Below are positions 21,805 through 32,408 of a stretch of DNA of 64,000 nucleotides, one piece after another; positions within the stretch are counted from its first letter, which is position 1; each line of letters opens with the position of its first letter. The stretch spans positions 224,001 to 288,000 of the forward strand of contig CAVWXH010000009.1 of the NCBI GenBank assembly GCA_963758915.1. Reading direction: 5' to 3'. Made by a program: the position numbers and the translations under genes. Origin of the DNA: an uncultured Methanomicrobiales archaeon. Lineage in GTDB: Archaea > Halobacteriota > Methanomicrobia > Methanomicrobiales > Methanospirillaceae. The notes beneath the pieces were generated by a model that saw nothing but the letters and a program-made list of their open reading frames with translations, searched no databases and had not been told where the DNA came from.

Positions 21805-24800
21805 TCAGGCCACACTCCCTTTTTCCTTAAACATCACGACCTCGCGGTGGCTCTCACCGGGTTTTACATTGACTTCGATCGTCCGGGTTTCACCATTACG
21901 ACGCACAGTTACCTGGTGTATACCGAGTGAAAGGTGTTTGAAGGTATACGGTGTGATTTCTCCTGTCACAATCCCGTCAATCAGGATATCGGCCGCAGGG
22001 GGCAGCTTTCAAGGGTAACCGGGCCGCTGGCATACGTATCCAGGATAAATGATACAGGTTTGCGGACAACTGGACTATCGGTGATCGGTATCTCCGTGAT
22101 GGTTTCTCCGGGAATATATCCCGGCAGGGTGACAATTATCCGGTGCAGCCCTGTTGAAAGGTTCGGAATAACCGCAGGGGTAGTATACCCCGACCACAGG
22201 CCATCAACAAATATTTCACCACCGGGCGGTGAAGATTCTACCGGTAATTTGTAGAGGGGGGGGCTTGAAACCGGAACCGCAATACTGTTTTCGTCCGAGG
22301 TAATAGCAAACGGCCTGTATGAAAGGTACGCCCCTTCACGAATAACCGTAAAGAAATCATCAGGTCCGGTACATTCAATTTCAGCCGGGGTCTTCCTGAT
22401 CGGATAATACCCGTTTACCGTGAATGAATACGAGGTATTATCAGGGGAATTAATCCGGATTTTTCTCGGAATATTGCCCGAGATCAGGTTAAAATCAGCA
22501 GTAGTGACCGCATCAGCATATACCCAGACCCGGAGGGATCGTGATACAGTGGTCTTGTCCATCTCTGATGTCTGTCTCACTTCGACAATGTGAATGCCTT
22601 CTTTCAGCCCGTACACTACGGCAGGAAGGACCGCCTCAATTTTTTTCGTATCCACCCTGAGCTCTGCATCGGCCGGGTACGAGGTGATGTAAATACCCCC
22701 GCTGTGTGAGGCTGGTTTGCGTTGCAATGTTGTTCCGGGGTTATTTACCACATTTGGCTCCTTTTTTACTGCAATCACCGGGGATTCTGTTGGGTACCCT
22801 GTTACCGGAACCGGAGTTATTAACGCAGAATTTTCCACCGGGAAAGAATCATCGCCCGTGGGAAATTCTCCTCGTAATGGATCTGCATGAGGGATCGATT
22901 CCGTTGAGTTATCGGAGTGGGCGTCTTCAATAATTACATCATTAACTGAATTCCGGTCAAGGGGAACCATGTCGCCAACAAGGGAGAATAGAAACACGAA
23001 TACCCGGTCGAGCGTATCAAAACCCCACGAAGAAAATTCCTTCGAGGTGGGTCCAGGTATTTTTTTCACCGGAACCGGCCCCGGGGTATTCCGGACAGGA
23101 GTAGTGCTTACAACAGGGTTTGTTTTTCCTTGAGAACTGCTCACGTTTTCAGACTTCCCCGGTACCGTAGTATTGACTGAAGTCTGGGCCGGTACAGGTT
23201 TTTTCACCTGTCCATTCATAGTAAAAATCGCTATCCGGGTCTCACCATAGAGTACTGATGATTCATTGAGTATTGCCTGGATTGATGTATGCACTTGTGA
23301 TCCTGCCTGGGGAGCAGGAAATGATATGGCAGCGGTCCGGACAGGACTTTTCGGGTCTGTAAATGTTCCGGGAAATGTCTCACCATTTATTGCTGCAAGG
23401 TAACGGGACTGGGTATCATACACCATACTGGTACTGATAAATTGGAGGTCTGCGTGAGAAAATGCGGATCCTGATGGTTCAAGGTAGAATTCAGCGGTCG
23501 TCTCCGCATCGTTGTTTTCCCTGCCGGGCGGTGCAGAAATCACATCTGCCCCTTCGTGGAGCCAGTACGAGATAGTGGGTCCATTTTCATTTCGGGAAAC
23601 TACAACAAGCGCCGCACCTTCAAGTATACATGAAGTTCCAGGTGAGTTGTCCATGATAAGTTTTATTGTCTGCCCCGGTTTGGTAGAATTCGGCAGGATA
23701 AAGCAACTCGTTGTTACTAAACCGGATGTTGCATTCAGGCCATGGTCCCTGTATACACGGTCTGGGTTGATCGACGTTGTTCCCTGCACCACGATGAAAG
23801 ATGGATCGGCTCCTGCTGCCCGGGTTATATCATAACCCGCTGATGAAAATACATAGAGCCGGATACATGTGATGTCCCCGGTCGTTGCCAGTAACGGGAG
23901 GGAAAATGTCTGTTCACCCCCACCTTTTACCGGTCCTTCCAATACCTTAACAGGCATTATCGAGATATTGCCACGGATATTCTCATGCCTGTAAAGGTCA
24001 AGTGTGGACCCCTCTGTGCCATATACGGTATTCTTATCTGATCCTAAACCATCAGATCCAGCTTCAGCTCCGCTTGCAGGGCCGGGAGACGTCTTTTGCA
24101 ATGTAAAATCTGCAACGGATACCTGGTTAACAATCACATCAACCACCAGCGATTCTGGGATCTCGTATTCCTGTTTTTGTACATTCACAACATGTGGACC
24201 CAAAGAAACACCCGTAATCTCCGCGGGAGTGAGCTTGCCGGTGTCCTCGTCATCAACGAGTATCGTTGCGCCAGCCGGCTCTGATGTAACACGGATCGTT
24301 CCCGATGGTTCTTCCTGGCTGAAAATTAAGAATTTCTCCCAAAGACTGGACGGAGACCCCGGTGGTGGTGGGATATTTTTCATTCCCGTTATAATAGTAA
24401 TACCAGTATTTTTCGGCAGCACTTTCATGCCAGTCCCAGGCCCCCATCGCATGAATCCCCCACGGGTTGACCGAAGTATCGGCAAGGAAGACGAGGCGCA
24501 TCCCGTCATTGTACGAAGGAACATATCCCTTATCTGCCCGATACCATGCGATGACCATCGGTCCCTGCCGTGAAGGGGGCTCATACACATTTTCGTAGGC
24601 AAAAGTTTTAGAAAACCCATCTGTTGCTGTCAGTTTCAGTTCATCACCCGAAACCATACCCCCGACAAGGTTGCAGAGATCCCTGACATCGGTACCTTTT
24701 ATTGCACCCATGTCCTTCTCCTGGACATTGGTATCTTCCGCTATGTTCCACCGGTCTTCAGGCCTATCCACAAATACCGGCCCCTGGAGATAGTAATGAG

Positions 24801-24996
24801 TTATCCCATCACCTTTCACAGGCAGGTTTTGCTCCATCCAGCGGTAATCAATCCTTGTCTCGTTGAGGACCGTTGACCCGTCAACCGCATATTTTACGAT
24901 ATGGAGCTCCGTAGACGCGCCGGAAACGGTAATAGTCCCAAATGACAGCAGGAAAAGACATGTGAACGAAAGAAAAAACCACTGGTTGTGCTTCAT
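21805..24996 (-). CDS. Secreted protein: N-terminal Mo-pterin-fold-like 'X' domain, PEGA, DUF3344-like domain and further PEGA repeats; indels near 24340 and 22000
   Basis: The N-terminus (LHIVKYAVDG..WMEQNLPVKGDGITHYYLQGP) matches the giant-protein X domains. PEGA motifs VTSEPAGATILVD, ITSYPADAELRVD and VESSPPGGEIFVDG. Final PEGA read by hand to TGA at 21805. Confidence 0.7.
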
Positions 24997-25097
24997 GACA
25001 TGGACCCAAACCTGCGGGATCAGAGAATGATCCCGATACCTGCTAGGTACTCAGGGATTGCAATAAAAGAATATTATCTTTTAATGTCGTAAGTTAA

Positions 25098-26192
25098 TCA
25101 CATTAATTTAATTTCATTATCCGGAGCCGGTGCAACTGGCAGTACGAGCACGTGGTCTCTGGAGAATGACAACCGGACCGCATCGCCATTCTGAAATACA
25201 GGTTGCTCCTTGGTTTTTCTTGGAATCGTAACGCTCATTGGCAGAGGTCCTTCGACAGAGAGAGTACAGGTATAATCAGTGATTATCTGCGAGGCAACGG
25301 TCCCCTCAATAATATTATCCTGGTCTTCCGGGACCCGGCCATTTTTATGGATAGCAATATCCCCGGCCCGGATGCAAACCACCACCCTGCTACCAGGGGG
25401 AAATATTTCCTCTGCGGTAATGGTTACCCCATGGACTTCGATAGAACTCATTCCAACGGTCTTTGCGTGGACAATTCCCTCAAAAATATTTTCAGTCCCG
25501 GCAATCACCGCGGCTCTCAGTGTTTTGGGATGTGAAAAAACATCAGTGGGACGACCGGTCTGAACGATAGAACCGTTGTCGATGAGTGCCACTTCATCTG
25601 CCAGGGAGTATACTTCATCCCGTGAATGGCTTACCTGGAGGATCGTAAGACCCTGGTCACGATGAAGGTCCCTCAGTCCCTGCATGCACTCCTCGCGGGA
25701 AACAGGGTCCAGGGCCGCAAAGGGCTCATCCAGGAGCAGTACAGTCGGATCTATTGCCAGGGCCCTGGCAAGGGCCACCCGTTGTTTTTCACCGCCACTT
25801 AACGTCGTGGGGAACCGGTCAGCCAGGTGGGATATCCCGAACTGTTGCAGCAACCCGCAGACTTTTTTATCCTGATCAGAGGGAGATTTTCCCTGCATTT
25901 TCATACCAAATGCGACATTCTTAGTAACCGTGTAGTGGGGAAACAGGGAATAGTCCTGGTAGACAAACCCGATGTTTCGTTCTTCCGCACGGGCACCGGT
26001 GATATCACTACCATCCAGGAGTACCCGCCCTGAACCAGGGACCTTCAGGCCTGCAATAATCTCGAGGATAAGGGTTTTTCCCGCACCGGACGGCCCCATC
26101 AGGAAATAATACCTGCCTGATGTAACATCGAGGTTGATGTCATTGAGACTGAATACACCCCTTTGTAACGAGATATGTTCAAGCCCGATCAT
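25098..26192 (-). CDS. wtpC: Tungstate/molybdate ABC transporter ATPase with TOBE domain
   Basis: GPSGAGKT, LSGGEKQRVALARAL and LLLDEPF motifs; C-terminal TOBE-like region. Confidence 0.85.
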   Translation of the reverse strand: MIGLEHISLQRGVFSLNDINLDVTSGRYYFLMGPSGAGKTLILEIIAGLKVPGSGRVLLDGSDITGARAEERNIGFVYQDYSLFPHYTVTKNVAFGMKMQGKSPSDQDKKVCGLLQQFGISHLADRFPTTLSGGEKQRVALARALAIDPTVLLLDEPFAALDPVSREECMQGLRDLHRDQGLTILQVSHSRDEVYSLADEVALIDNGSIVQTGRPTDVFSHPKTLRAAVIAGTENIFEGIVHAKTVGMSSIEVHGVTITAEEIFPPGSRVVVCIRAGDIAIHKNGRVPEDQDNIIEGTVASQIITDYTCTLSVEGPLPMSVTIPRKTKEQPVFQNGDAVRLSFSRDHVLVLPVAPAPDNEIKLM

Positions 26193-27006
26193 CAACATCC
26201 CCCTTTTTCTTCAGCAGTACCCTGAACAGGACGAATATTATCCCGCATATCACAATCATTACCAGTGCAACGCTCATGGCCTCCGAAAGCCCTCCGGAAG
26301 CGAACCGGTAATAAATCAACGTCGATATTACCATCGGGAAGTAGGCAATCATGATGACAGCGGCAAATTCCCCGATCGCCCTTCCCCACGCGAGCAACGC
26401 CCCGTAAGAGATATGGCGGGTGGACAGCGGGAGGACTATATGCCAGAATGCACGGAACCGTGAGGCACCAAGCGTTCTTGCGACATTCTCCAGCCGGACC
26501 GGGACCGTTTCAAATCCCTCGCGGACGGTGTTGACATAATAGGGAATTGCGACAAATACCATCGCGACCACTATTCCGGGATAGGCATCTTCGAATACGA
26601 TTCCTACGTTACCAAGCGGTGCTCCTATTATTCCCTGCGACATGAAGAGAAGATAGACCATGAGGCCTGCGACGGTATGCGGGAGGATCAGCGGTAAATC
26701 GATGATACTTTCAACCAGACCTTTACCCGGGAATGTACTTCTTGAGAGTGCGTAGGCGAGAGGGGTCCCGAACAGGATTAGAATTACCACGGCATTCAAC
26801 CCTGCAACCATAGTAATCCCCAGGGTGAGAAGAACAGAGGGATCGGTTACAACCCCTGCAAGATGAGCAGGGTTTGATAATTCAGGGATTGCAATGGAGA
26901 GGATGGCGAGGACAATGAACAGTACAAGGAGCCCGCCGATTAACCAGAAACCAAGGATACTCCTGTCAAAGACACCTCGTTTCACGTTCAGGGGTGCTTT
27001 CTGCAT
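26179..27006 (-). CDS. wtpB: Tungstate/molybdate ABC transporter permease
   Basis: IDLPLILPHTVAG, ENVARTLGAS and WGRAIGEF motifs. Confidence 0.88.
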   Translation of the reverse strand: MQKAPLNVKRGVFDRSILGFWLIGGLLVLFIVLAILSIAIPELSNPAHLAGVVTDPSVLLTLGITMVAGLNAVVILILFGTPLAYALSRSTFPGKGLVESIIDLPLILPHTVAGLMVYLLFMSQGIIGAPLGNVGIVFEDAYPGIVVAMVFVAIPYYVNTVREGFETVPVRLENVARTLGASRFRAFWHIVLPLSTRHISYGALLAWGRAIGEFAAVIMIAYFPMVISTLIYYRFASGGLSEAMSVALVMIVICGIIFVLFRVLLKKKGDVDDRA

Positions 27007-27010
27007 GGGG

Positions 27011-28039
27011 CTACTCCCGGATGATTTCTGTCTTGTTTAACGGGGCTGGCCATCCCGGTCTCCCCTTCCGGGCTTCACTCGCGATGTAGTCCACAAATTC
27101 CTTCGCAATTTCCGGGTGGGAAGCACTATAGGGTATCGTGACTGCGTAGACAATCGGTACTCCTACCCGCTCGGTTCCAATCGAGCTGAACCGCTGGAAC
27201 CCGAGAATAACAGTTACATTGCGATAGTTTCTGGCATACTCAGGTGATCCAAGATGGATGGATGACGGAAGACGTATCCACCGGAGGTTCTTCCCTTCCG
27301 CCACGCTGCGGTATTCGAAGGCATAATCGATACCTCCAGTCTCCAGAAGAGAAAGGAGGAAGATACTCCCGTCCCGGACAACCACGTGATCATCCGAAGG
27401 TTTCACAATCTCGGGGAGTATAATTGTCGTAACCTGGCCAACGGTCGTGACCGGTAGCGGTGGATCAAAATGGTCACCGATAAGAGTCCCGAATAGTTTA
27501 CTGGTGTGGTATTCGTTTTCTGCCAGCTTTGCGACCATCAATGCGCGATACCCGGCGGCGTCAAGCATCGGGTTTGATAGTCCCACCTTCACATCAGGCC
27601 GTGAGAGGACCACGTACCAGTTTTCCTCCGTAATTTCACTTGCATACCTGCTCTTGTTGGTGAAGGCGATGACCATCTCGTTTCCACCAAACGGCAGGTA
27701 CCAGTCGGTGTAGTTGCGTCCGTCCCCCCCGGCTTTCCTGTACATCAGGTCCGGTATCAGGGACTCATCCGCTACGGCAATCACGTCCCCTGGGCGGTGC
27801 AGGTCCGTAACCTGCCGGATGACCTGGATACTCCCATGCGGTTCCAGCTGGACATCGACATCGGGGTGAAGGGCTTCAAATTCTTTCTCGGCCTCCCCGA
27901 ACGGGATGACAAGGCTCCCGGCACAATAGACTTTCAGGGGGACCTTCTCCTTCGCCGTCCCGGTACACCCTGCCGTCCATGTAACAAGAACGACGATAAT
28001 TGCGAGGATAAGGATCCAGGACATGGATAACGCCTTCAT
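27011..28039 (-). CDS. wtpA: WtpA-family tungstate/molybdate-binding lipoprotein
   Basis: AGC lipobox; CAGSL, HGSIQVIRQVT, DVIAVAD, NPMLDAAGYRA and IDYAFEYRSVA motifs. Confidence 0.85.
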   Translation of the reverse strand: MKALSMSWILILAIIVVLVTWTAGCTGTAKEKVPLKVYCAGSLVIPFGEAEKEFEALHPDVDVQLEPHGSIQVIRQVTDLHRPGDVIAVADESLIPDLMYRKAGGDGRNYTDWYLPFGGNEMVIAFTNKSRYASEITEENWYVVLSRPDVKVGLSNPMLDAAGYRALMVAKLAENEYHTSKLFGTLIGDHFDPPLPVTTVGQVTTIILPEIVKPSDDHVVVRDGSIFLLSLLETGGIDYAFEYRSVAEGKNLRWIRLPSSIHLGSPEYARNYRNVTVILGFQRFSSIGTERVGVPIVYAVTIPYSASHPEIAKEFVDYIASEARKGRPGWPAPLNKTEIIRE

Positions 28040-28623
28040 TTCCGGTGGACTTCGATTCGGTCTACCCATTTGACCCAGGCACTTCCTTCTGTGACGATCC
28101 CAGGCGAGTCCGAAACGATTGCGACCCTCGCCGGCCCCCCGTCGTTGTATGTGACGGGTTTTCCATCCTGCTCGTACATGAGGATGACCTTCAGCGGCGG
28201 GGACGGGACTTCACGGAGTGACTCGTTGAACGTAACAAACCCTTTTCCGTTGAGTTGTCCCGCATCGAAGACCCAGAGGTACCCATCTGGTGCATACACC
28301 CATACCTGGTCTTTTTCACCGATCCCGCCAACAAGTGCCGCAAGATCACGGAGGTCCACACCTTTACAGGTATAGGGTCCGAACCGGATCCCGGTTGTGG
28401 AGACGGCGTACCCATTGGCCGTGACTGCTGGGAGTGCCTGAAGATCTGAAAGTGTCAGCACTTTTTCAGTCGTGCCATTGAGGGTGAGATGCCAGTTGCT
28501 GATTGAGGGATCTTCTGCCGGTATGGATTTGCCGATAGCGTTTCCGGTACACCCTGACGTAAGGACAAGGCCCATGCAAAGGCAGGCGATCACGAGGAAA
28601 CCCAGGATCTTCTGTCCGGGCAT
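28036..28623 (-). CDS. Lipoprotein with a sulfite-oxidase/MsrP-type molybdopterin-binding fold, lacking the catalytic Cys
   Basis: WHLTLNG...LTLSDL.ALP, KGV.LRDL, APDGY, ILMYEQDG.P, GGP.RV and WVKWVDRIEV; translationally coupled to wtpA. Confidence 0.7.
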   Translation of the reverse strand: MPGQKILGFLVIACLCMGLVLTSGCTGNAIGKSIPAEDPSISNWHLTLNGTTEKVLTLSDLQALPAVTANGYAVSTTGIRFGPYTCKGVDLRDLAALVGGIGEKDQVWVYAPDGYLWVFDAGQLNGKGFVTFNESLREVPSPPLKVILMYEQDGKPVTYNDGGPARVAIVSDSPGIVTEGSAWVKWVDRIEVHRK

Positions 28624-29543
28624 CAGAATCTCCTCCTCATGAACAGGATGCCGGTAATAATGAGAGCCGACGGGACGAGCAGGAGGGAGGAGGGGCTTTT
28701 ATTCGTTGGGGGGGCAGGATATGTTTCGTCCATTTTCGAACTAAACGATTTTGGCAGGAGATCTGTTGAACCTTGATAACCCCCTTTGTATACCCGGACT
28801 TCATCCACCCACTTGACGGTATACCCGCTTGTCGAAGGATAGAGATTTTCGAACAGGTGAATTGATTCGGGCGGCATTACTGCACGCATGTCCTGGTTGC
28901 CGAACACATGTTTCCTGCCCGGGTTTGTTGAATTATCGGCAAAGAACACGAGTCGCATCCCTACATAATAGTCTGGAGGGTACCCGGTTCCCTGCCGTTC
29001 CCCTATCGTCGATTCATTACCGTTGAACCAGGTGACGGTGACAGGACCCTGCCGGGGTTCCGGTTGGTAAATGTTTTGGTAATCAAGTTCCACATGGTAA
29101 CCGTCACCGGATTTTATCATAACCTGGTCTCCGGGGGCCATTCCCCCGACCAGGTCACAGAGGTCTTTTACCGCTGTCCCTTTGACTGCCCCCATATCCT
29201 TGAAATTCGTAGTCTCGTTGGTATCCCATTGTGCTTCCTTTGATTCTACAAAGACCGGGCCCTGGTGATAGTAATGGGTGACCCCGTCACCCTGCACAGG
29301 GAGGTGGGACTCCATCCACCGGGTACTGACCGTCGTCTCATTGACGACCATCGTCCCGTTATCCGCCATTTTTATTACATGGAGCGAAGAGGTCGGTTCA
29401 CCCGCAACCGGGAATACGAGGATTGCGATTCCAGCGAGGAGAATCAGCAATAGGAGGACCCCGGTCCCATTACATCTCCCATGCAGGGAAATCGAACGAT
29501 TCCGGACGATATTTGCAGGTAATTGTAGTGATCTATGAGGCAT
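28623..29543 (-). CDS. Surface protein with a single 'X' domain and a C-terminal KSP-TM-basic sorting signal
   Basis: WMESHLPVQGDGVTHYYHQGP, DMGAVKGTAVKDLCDLVGGM and TVKWVDEVRV; tail KSPSSLLLVPSALIITGILFMRRRF. Confidence 0.7.
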   Translation of the reverse strand: MPHRSLQLPANIVRNRSISLHGRCNGTGVLLLLILLAGIAILVFPVAGEPTSSLHVIKMADNGTMVVNETTVSTRWMESHLPVQGDGVTHYYHQGPVFVESKEAQWDTNETTNFKDMGAVKGTAVKDLCDLVGGMAPGDQVMIKSGDGYHVELDYQNIYQPEPRQGPVTVTWFNGNESTIGERQGTGYPPDYYVGMRLVFFADNSTNPGRKHVFGNQDMRAVMPPESIHLFENLYPSTSGYTVKWVDEVRVYKGGYQGSTDLLPKSFSSKMDETYPAPPTNKSPSSLLLVPSALIITGILFMRRRF

Positions 29544-29544
29544 G

Positions 29545-30414
29545 TTATCGTCTCCCCGATGCGAAAAACAGGGTAATCCCAAGTGCGGCCAGGACGAGAG
29601 GCAATCCAAAACCGGGAGCCTTTCCCGGTGTACCATGACTTGTCGCGGCTGGTTGTGAGGGTTGCCCCGCCTGGTAAATCGTTACCTCTGAAATAGACTG
29701 TACTGAAAGACCGGTTGTGGTCGGGTACTGCTCATTTCCCTGTGTGTAATAGTACCAGTATTCCGGGGAAGCAGAATCATGCCAGTCCTGGTTCCCAAAA
29801 GCGTGAAGTCCCCATGGATTGGTGGAAGTGTCAGCCAAAAAAACGAGACGCATTCCGGTGGTATAGTTTGGTACATATCCTTCGTCTGACCGGTACCAGG
29901 TAAGGACCATCGGGCCCTGTGATGATGAGTAATTATAGACATTCTCATAGGCAAATGTACGAGAAAACCCATCAGATGCTTTTAGCCGCAGGGTATCCCC
30001 CTGGCCCATTCCCCCGATGAGCTCGCAGAGGTCCCTGATATCGGTCCCTTTTACTGCACCCATATCCTTTTCTTTGACGTTTTTATTCTCTTCGGGGTTC
30101 CAGCGCAGGACTTCCTCAACAGCAGGGTCTGCATTATCAACGAACACCGGCCCCTGGTGATAATAGTGGACGACACCATCTCCCTGTACGGGCAGGTTCT
30201 GTTCCATCCAGAGGTAATCCAGGTTTTTTTCGGCAAGGACGGTCTTTCCATCAGCTCCTATTTTCTGGAGATGGAGGCTTGTGGTTGAAGCGGACACCCC
30301 TTGTGTGATCAGTAAAAATACGACGAGAAAGACCAGGGCGTGAGTATAGTTCCTACCGGACCTTACTATGAAAAAATTATCGTTTTGAGAAGATTTTGTA
30401 ATTTGGACTAGCAC
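29545..30414 (-). CDS. Surface protein with a single 'X' domain and a PGF-CTERM sorting signal
   Basis: Same X-domain motifs; tail KAPGFGLPLVLAALGITLFFASGRR is a PGF-CTERM (archaeosortase) signal. Confidence 0.75.
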   Translation of the reverse strand: MLVQITKSSQNDNFFIVRSGRNYTHALVFLVVFLLITQGVSASTTSLHLQKIGADGKTVLAEKNLDYLWMEQNLPVQGDGVVHYYHQGPVFVDNADPAVEEVLRWNPEENKNVKEKDMGAVKGTDIRDLCELIGGMGQGDTLRLKASDGFSRTFAYENVYNYSSSQGPMVLTWYRSDEGYVPNYTTGMRLVFLADTSTNPWGLHAFGNQDWHDSASPEYWYYYTQGNEQYPTTTGLSVQSISEVTIYQAGQPSQPAATSHGTPGKAPGFGLPLVLAALGITLFFASGRR

Positions 30415-30689
30415 AGTATTATTAGACCTCCATGGATTGAGTGGAAGGGTATGTGCTGTACGATCTCACAGGTACTTTGAAAAATATTGCTATTTTATTT
30501 TATTATTTAATCAGATTAAGTTAATTTAGTTAATTTCAACTAATTCCACTCACCTGGGTATTTCAGTCAACCCTTAAGGTGGTCATGGACTTTGGGTGGA
30601 CGGAAAAGACTGACTGACGGGGATGAAGTCAGTGAGACTAGGGGCCTGAACGAAGGGAATCTGCCAGCAACCGCCTTGTCTCTAGTTCA

Positions 30690-32132
30690 TCACCACCCGA
30701 GGAACAGGGTCTTTGTCCTGGTGTACCCCTCTAATGCCCTGTAACCATTTTCCCGTCCGGTCCCGCTTTCCTTTGTCCCTCCAAATGGAATTTCCGGCGG
30801 TACCGTCAGATGGCGGTTTACCCAGACAATACCGGCGTGCACATCCTGGAAGACCTTCCTTACGGTTGCAAGGTCACTTGTCCACACCGAGGCCCCAAGC
30901 CCATAGGGGCTGCGGTTCGCCTGTGAAATGGCAGTATCGAGGTCAGAAAACACCACGACAGGGAGGACAGGGCCAAATATCTCCCCGGTTAACAGGGACG
31001 AGTCCTCTGCAACGTCCCCAACCAGGGTTGGTTCAAAGAAATACCCGTTATCATACCCCGCACCCGTTAGCGGACTTCCACCGGTGAGAATAGTACCTTC
31101 CGCGTTCTCCTTTACAGATTTCATAATCCCTGACAGGGTATCATACTGCTGCCGGTTGTTCAGGGGACCCATTTCCACCTGGGGATCAAGCCCGTTCCCC
31201 ACATGAAGCGATTCAACACGCCCTTTTAACTGGCGGATAAATGATTCGGCAATATCCCTGTGCACGAAAAGACGTTTTACCGCGGTGCATACCTGTCCTG
31301 CATTGTAGAAACGTCCCCGTAATGCACCCTCAACCGCTTTCGGCACATTGGCATCATTCATGACGATCATCGGGTCAGATCCGCCAAGTTCCAGGAGCAG
31401 GTCTTTGTTATGTGACCCTGCAAGTTCCCTGATGCGGCACCCGGTCGCACAACTGCCGGTGAACGAGACTTTTTGTATCGATGGATGGGTAATGATCGCT
31501 TCACCGGCAGAACCACCACTTCCTGTCACTATATTCAATACCCCGGGTGGGAGTCCTGCTTCCTCAAGGATTTTAGAGAGTGCGAGGACTGTCAGGGGGG
31601 CCGTAGAGGAAGGTTTCATGACCATGGTATTTCCGGCGAGTAATGCCGGAGCAGTCTTCCAGCCCATAATGAGGACGGGCATGTTCCAGGGGATGACAGC
31701 CCCGCAAACCCCAAGGGGCTCATTCATTACCATGCAGTCGCCCTGGCTGCCCAGGCGTACTGCCTCTCCCGCAGGCTGCGATGAGAGCCCGGCGTAAAAT
31801 TCAAGGATATTACAAAAGCCCCTGACCTCATCGGTGGCCTCACGGAGAGGTTTTCCCTGTTCCATGGTAAGAAGTCGTGCGAAGCGCTTATGATCATCCC
31901 TGACCATTGTTGCTGCGCGGAAAAGAAGGGCTCCACGTTCCCGCATGGTTTTTTCTGACCATTTCAGAAAGGCTGATTCTGCAGAATCAACTGCCACATT
32001 TACATCTTCAGATGTTCCATCCGGGATGGTATCGATTACCTCACCAGTCGCCGGATTTAACACATCCCGCCATTTATCGCTGGCTGAAGGGACTTCCGCT
32101 CCATTTATGTGCATGTACATTTTCAGAGACAC
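30690..32132 (-). CDS. NAD(P)-dependent aldehyde dehydrogenase
   Basis: PWN.P, FTGS, LELGGSDP, NAGQVC, EIFGP and PFGG.KESG motifs. Confidence 0.93.
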   Translation of the reverse strand: MSLKMYMHINGAEVPSASDKWRDVLNPATGEVIDTIPDGTSEDVNVAVDSAESAFLKWSEKTMRERGALLFRAATMVRDDHKRFARLLTMEQGKPLREATDEVRGFCNILEFYAGLSSQPAGEAVRLGSQGDCMVMNEPLGVCGAVIPWNMPVLIMGWKTAPALLAGNTMVMKPSSTAPLTVLALSKILEEAGLPPGVLNIVTGSGGSAGEAIITHPSIQKVSFTGSCATGCRIRELAGSHNKDLLLELGGSDPMIVMNDANVPKAVEGALRGRFYNAGQVCTAVKRLFVHRDIAESFIRQLKGRVESLHVGNGLDPQVEMGPLNNRQQYDTLSGIMKSVKENAEGTILTGGSPLTGAGYDNGYFFEPTLVGDVAEDSSLLTGEIFGPVLPVVVFSDLDTAISQANRSPYGLGASVWTSDLATVRKVFQDVHAGIVWVNRHLTVPPEIPFGGTKESGTGRENGYRALEGYTRTKTLFLGW

Positions 32133-32408
32133 CCCTGGTGTTGATTTGATTGTTGGTGACTATAATTACAATCGTGAACTACTGATCAGGCAGAGAATTA
32201 CTGCTCATATGAAACGCTATGCTGATAGATAAGCACCCAATGGTAAGAAGTCGTTGTTATACCATAATACCGCCCTTTGCCCTGGACGAATATCAGAACT
32301 CCTGATTACCGGGCGTAGAAAATAAAAATGGCAAGATGCCCGGGATAGGACTATTTTCACGGATAAACGACAAGCATTGAGGTCTTATGAATACCCGGGG
32401 AAGAGGGG

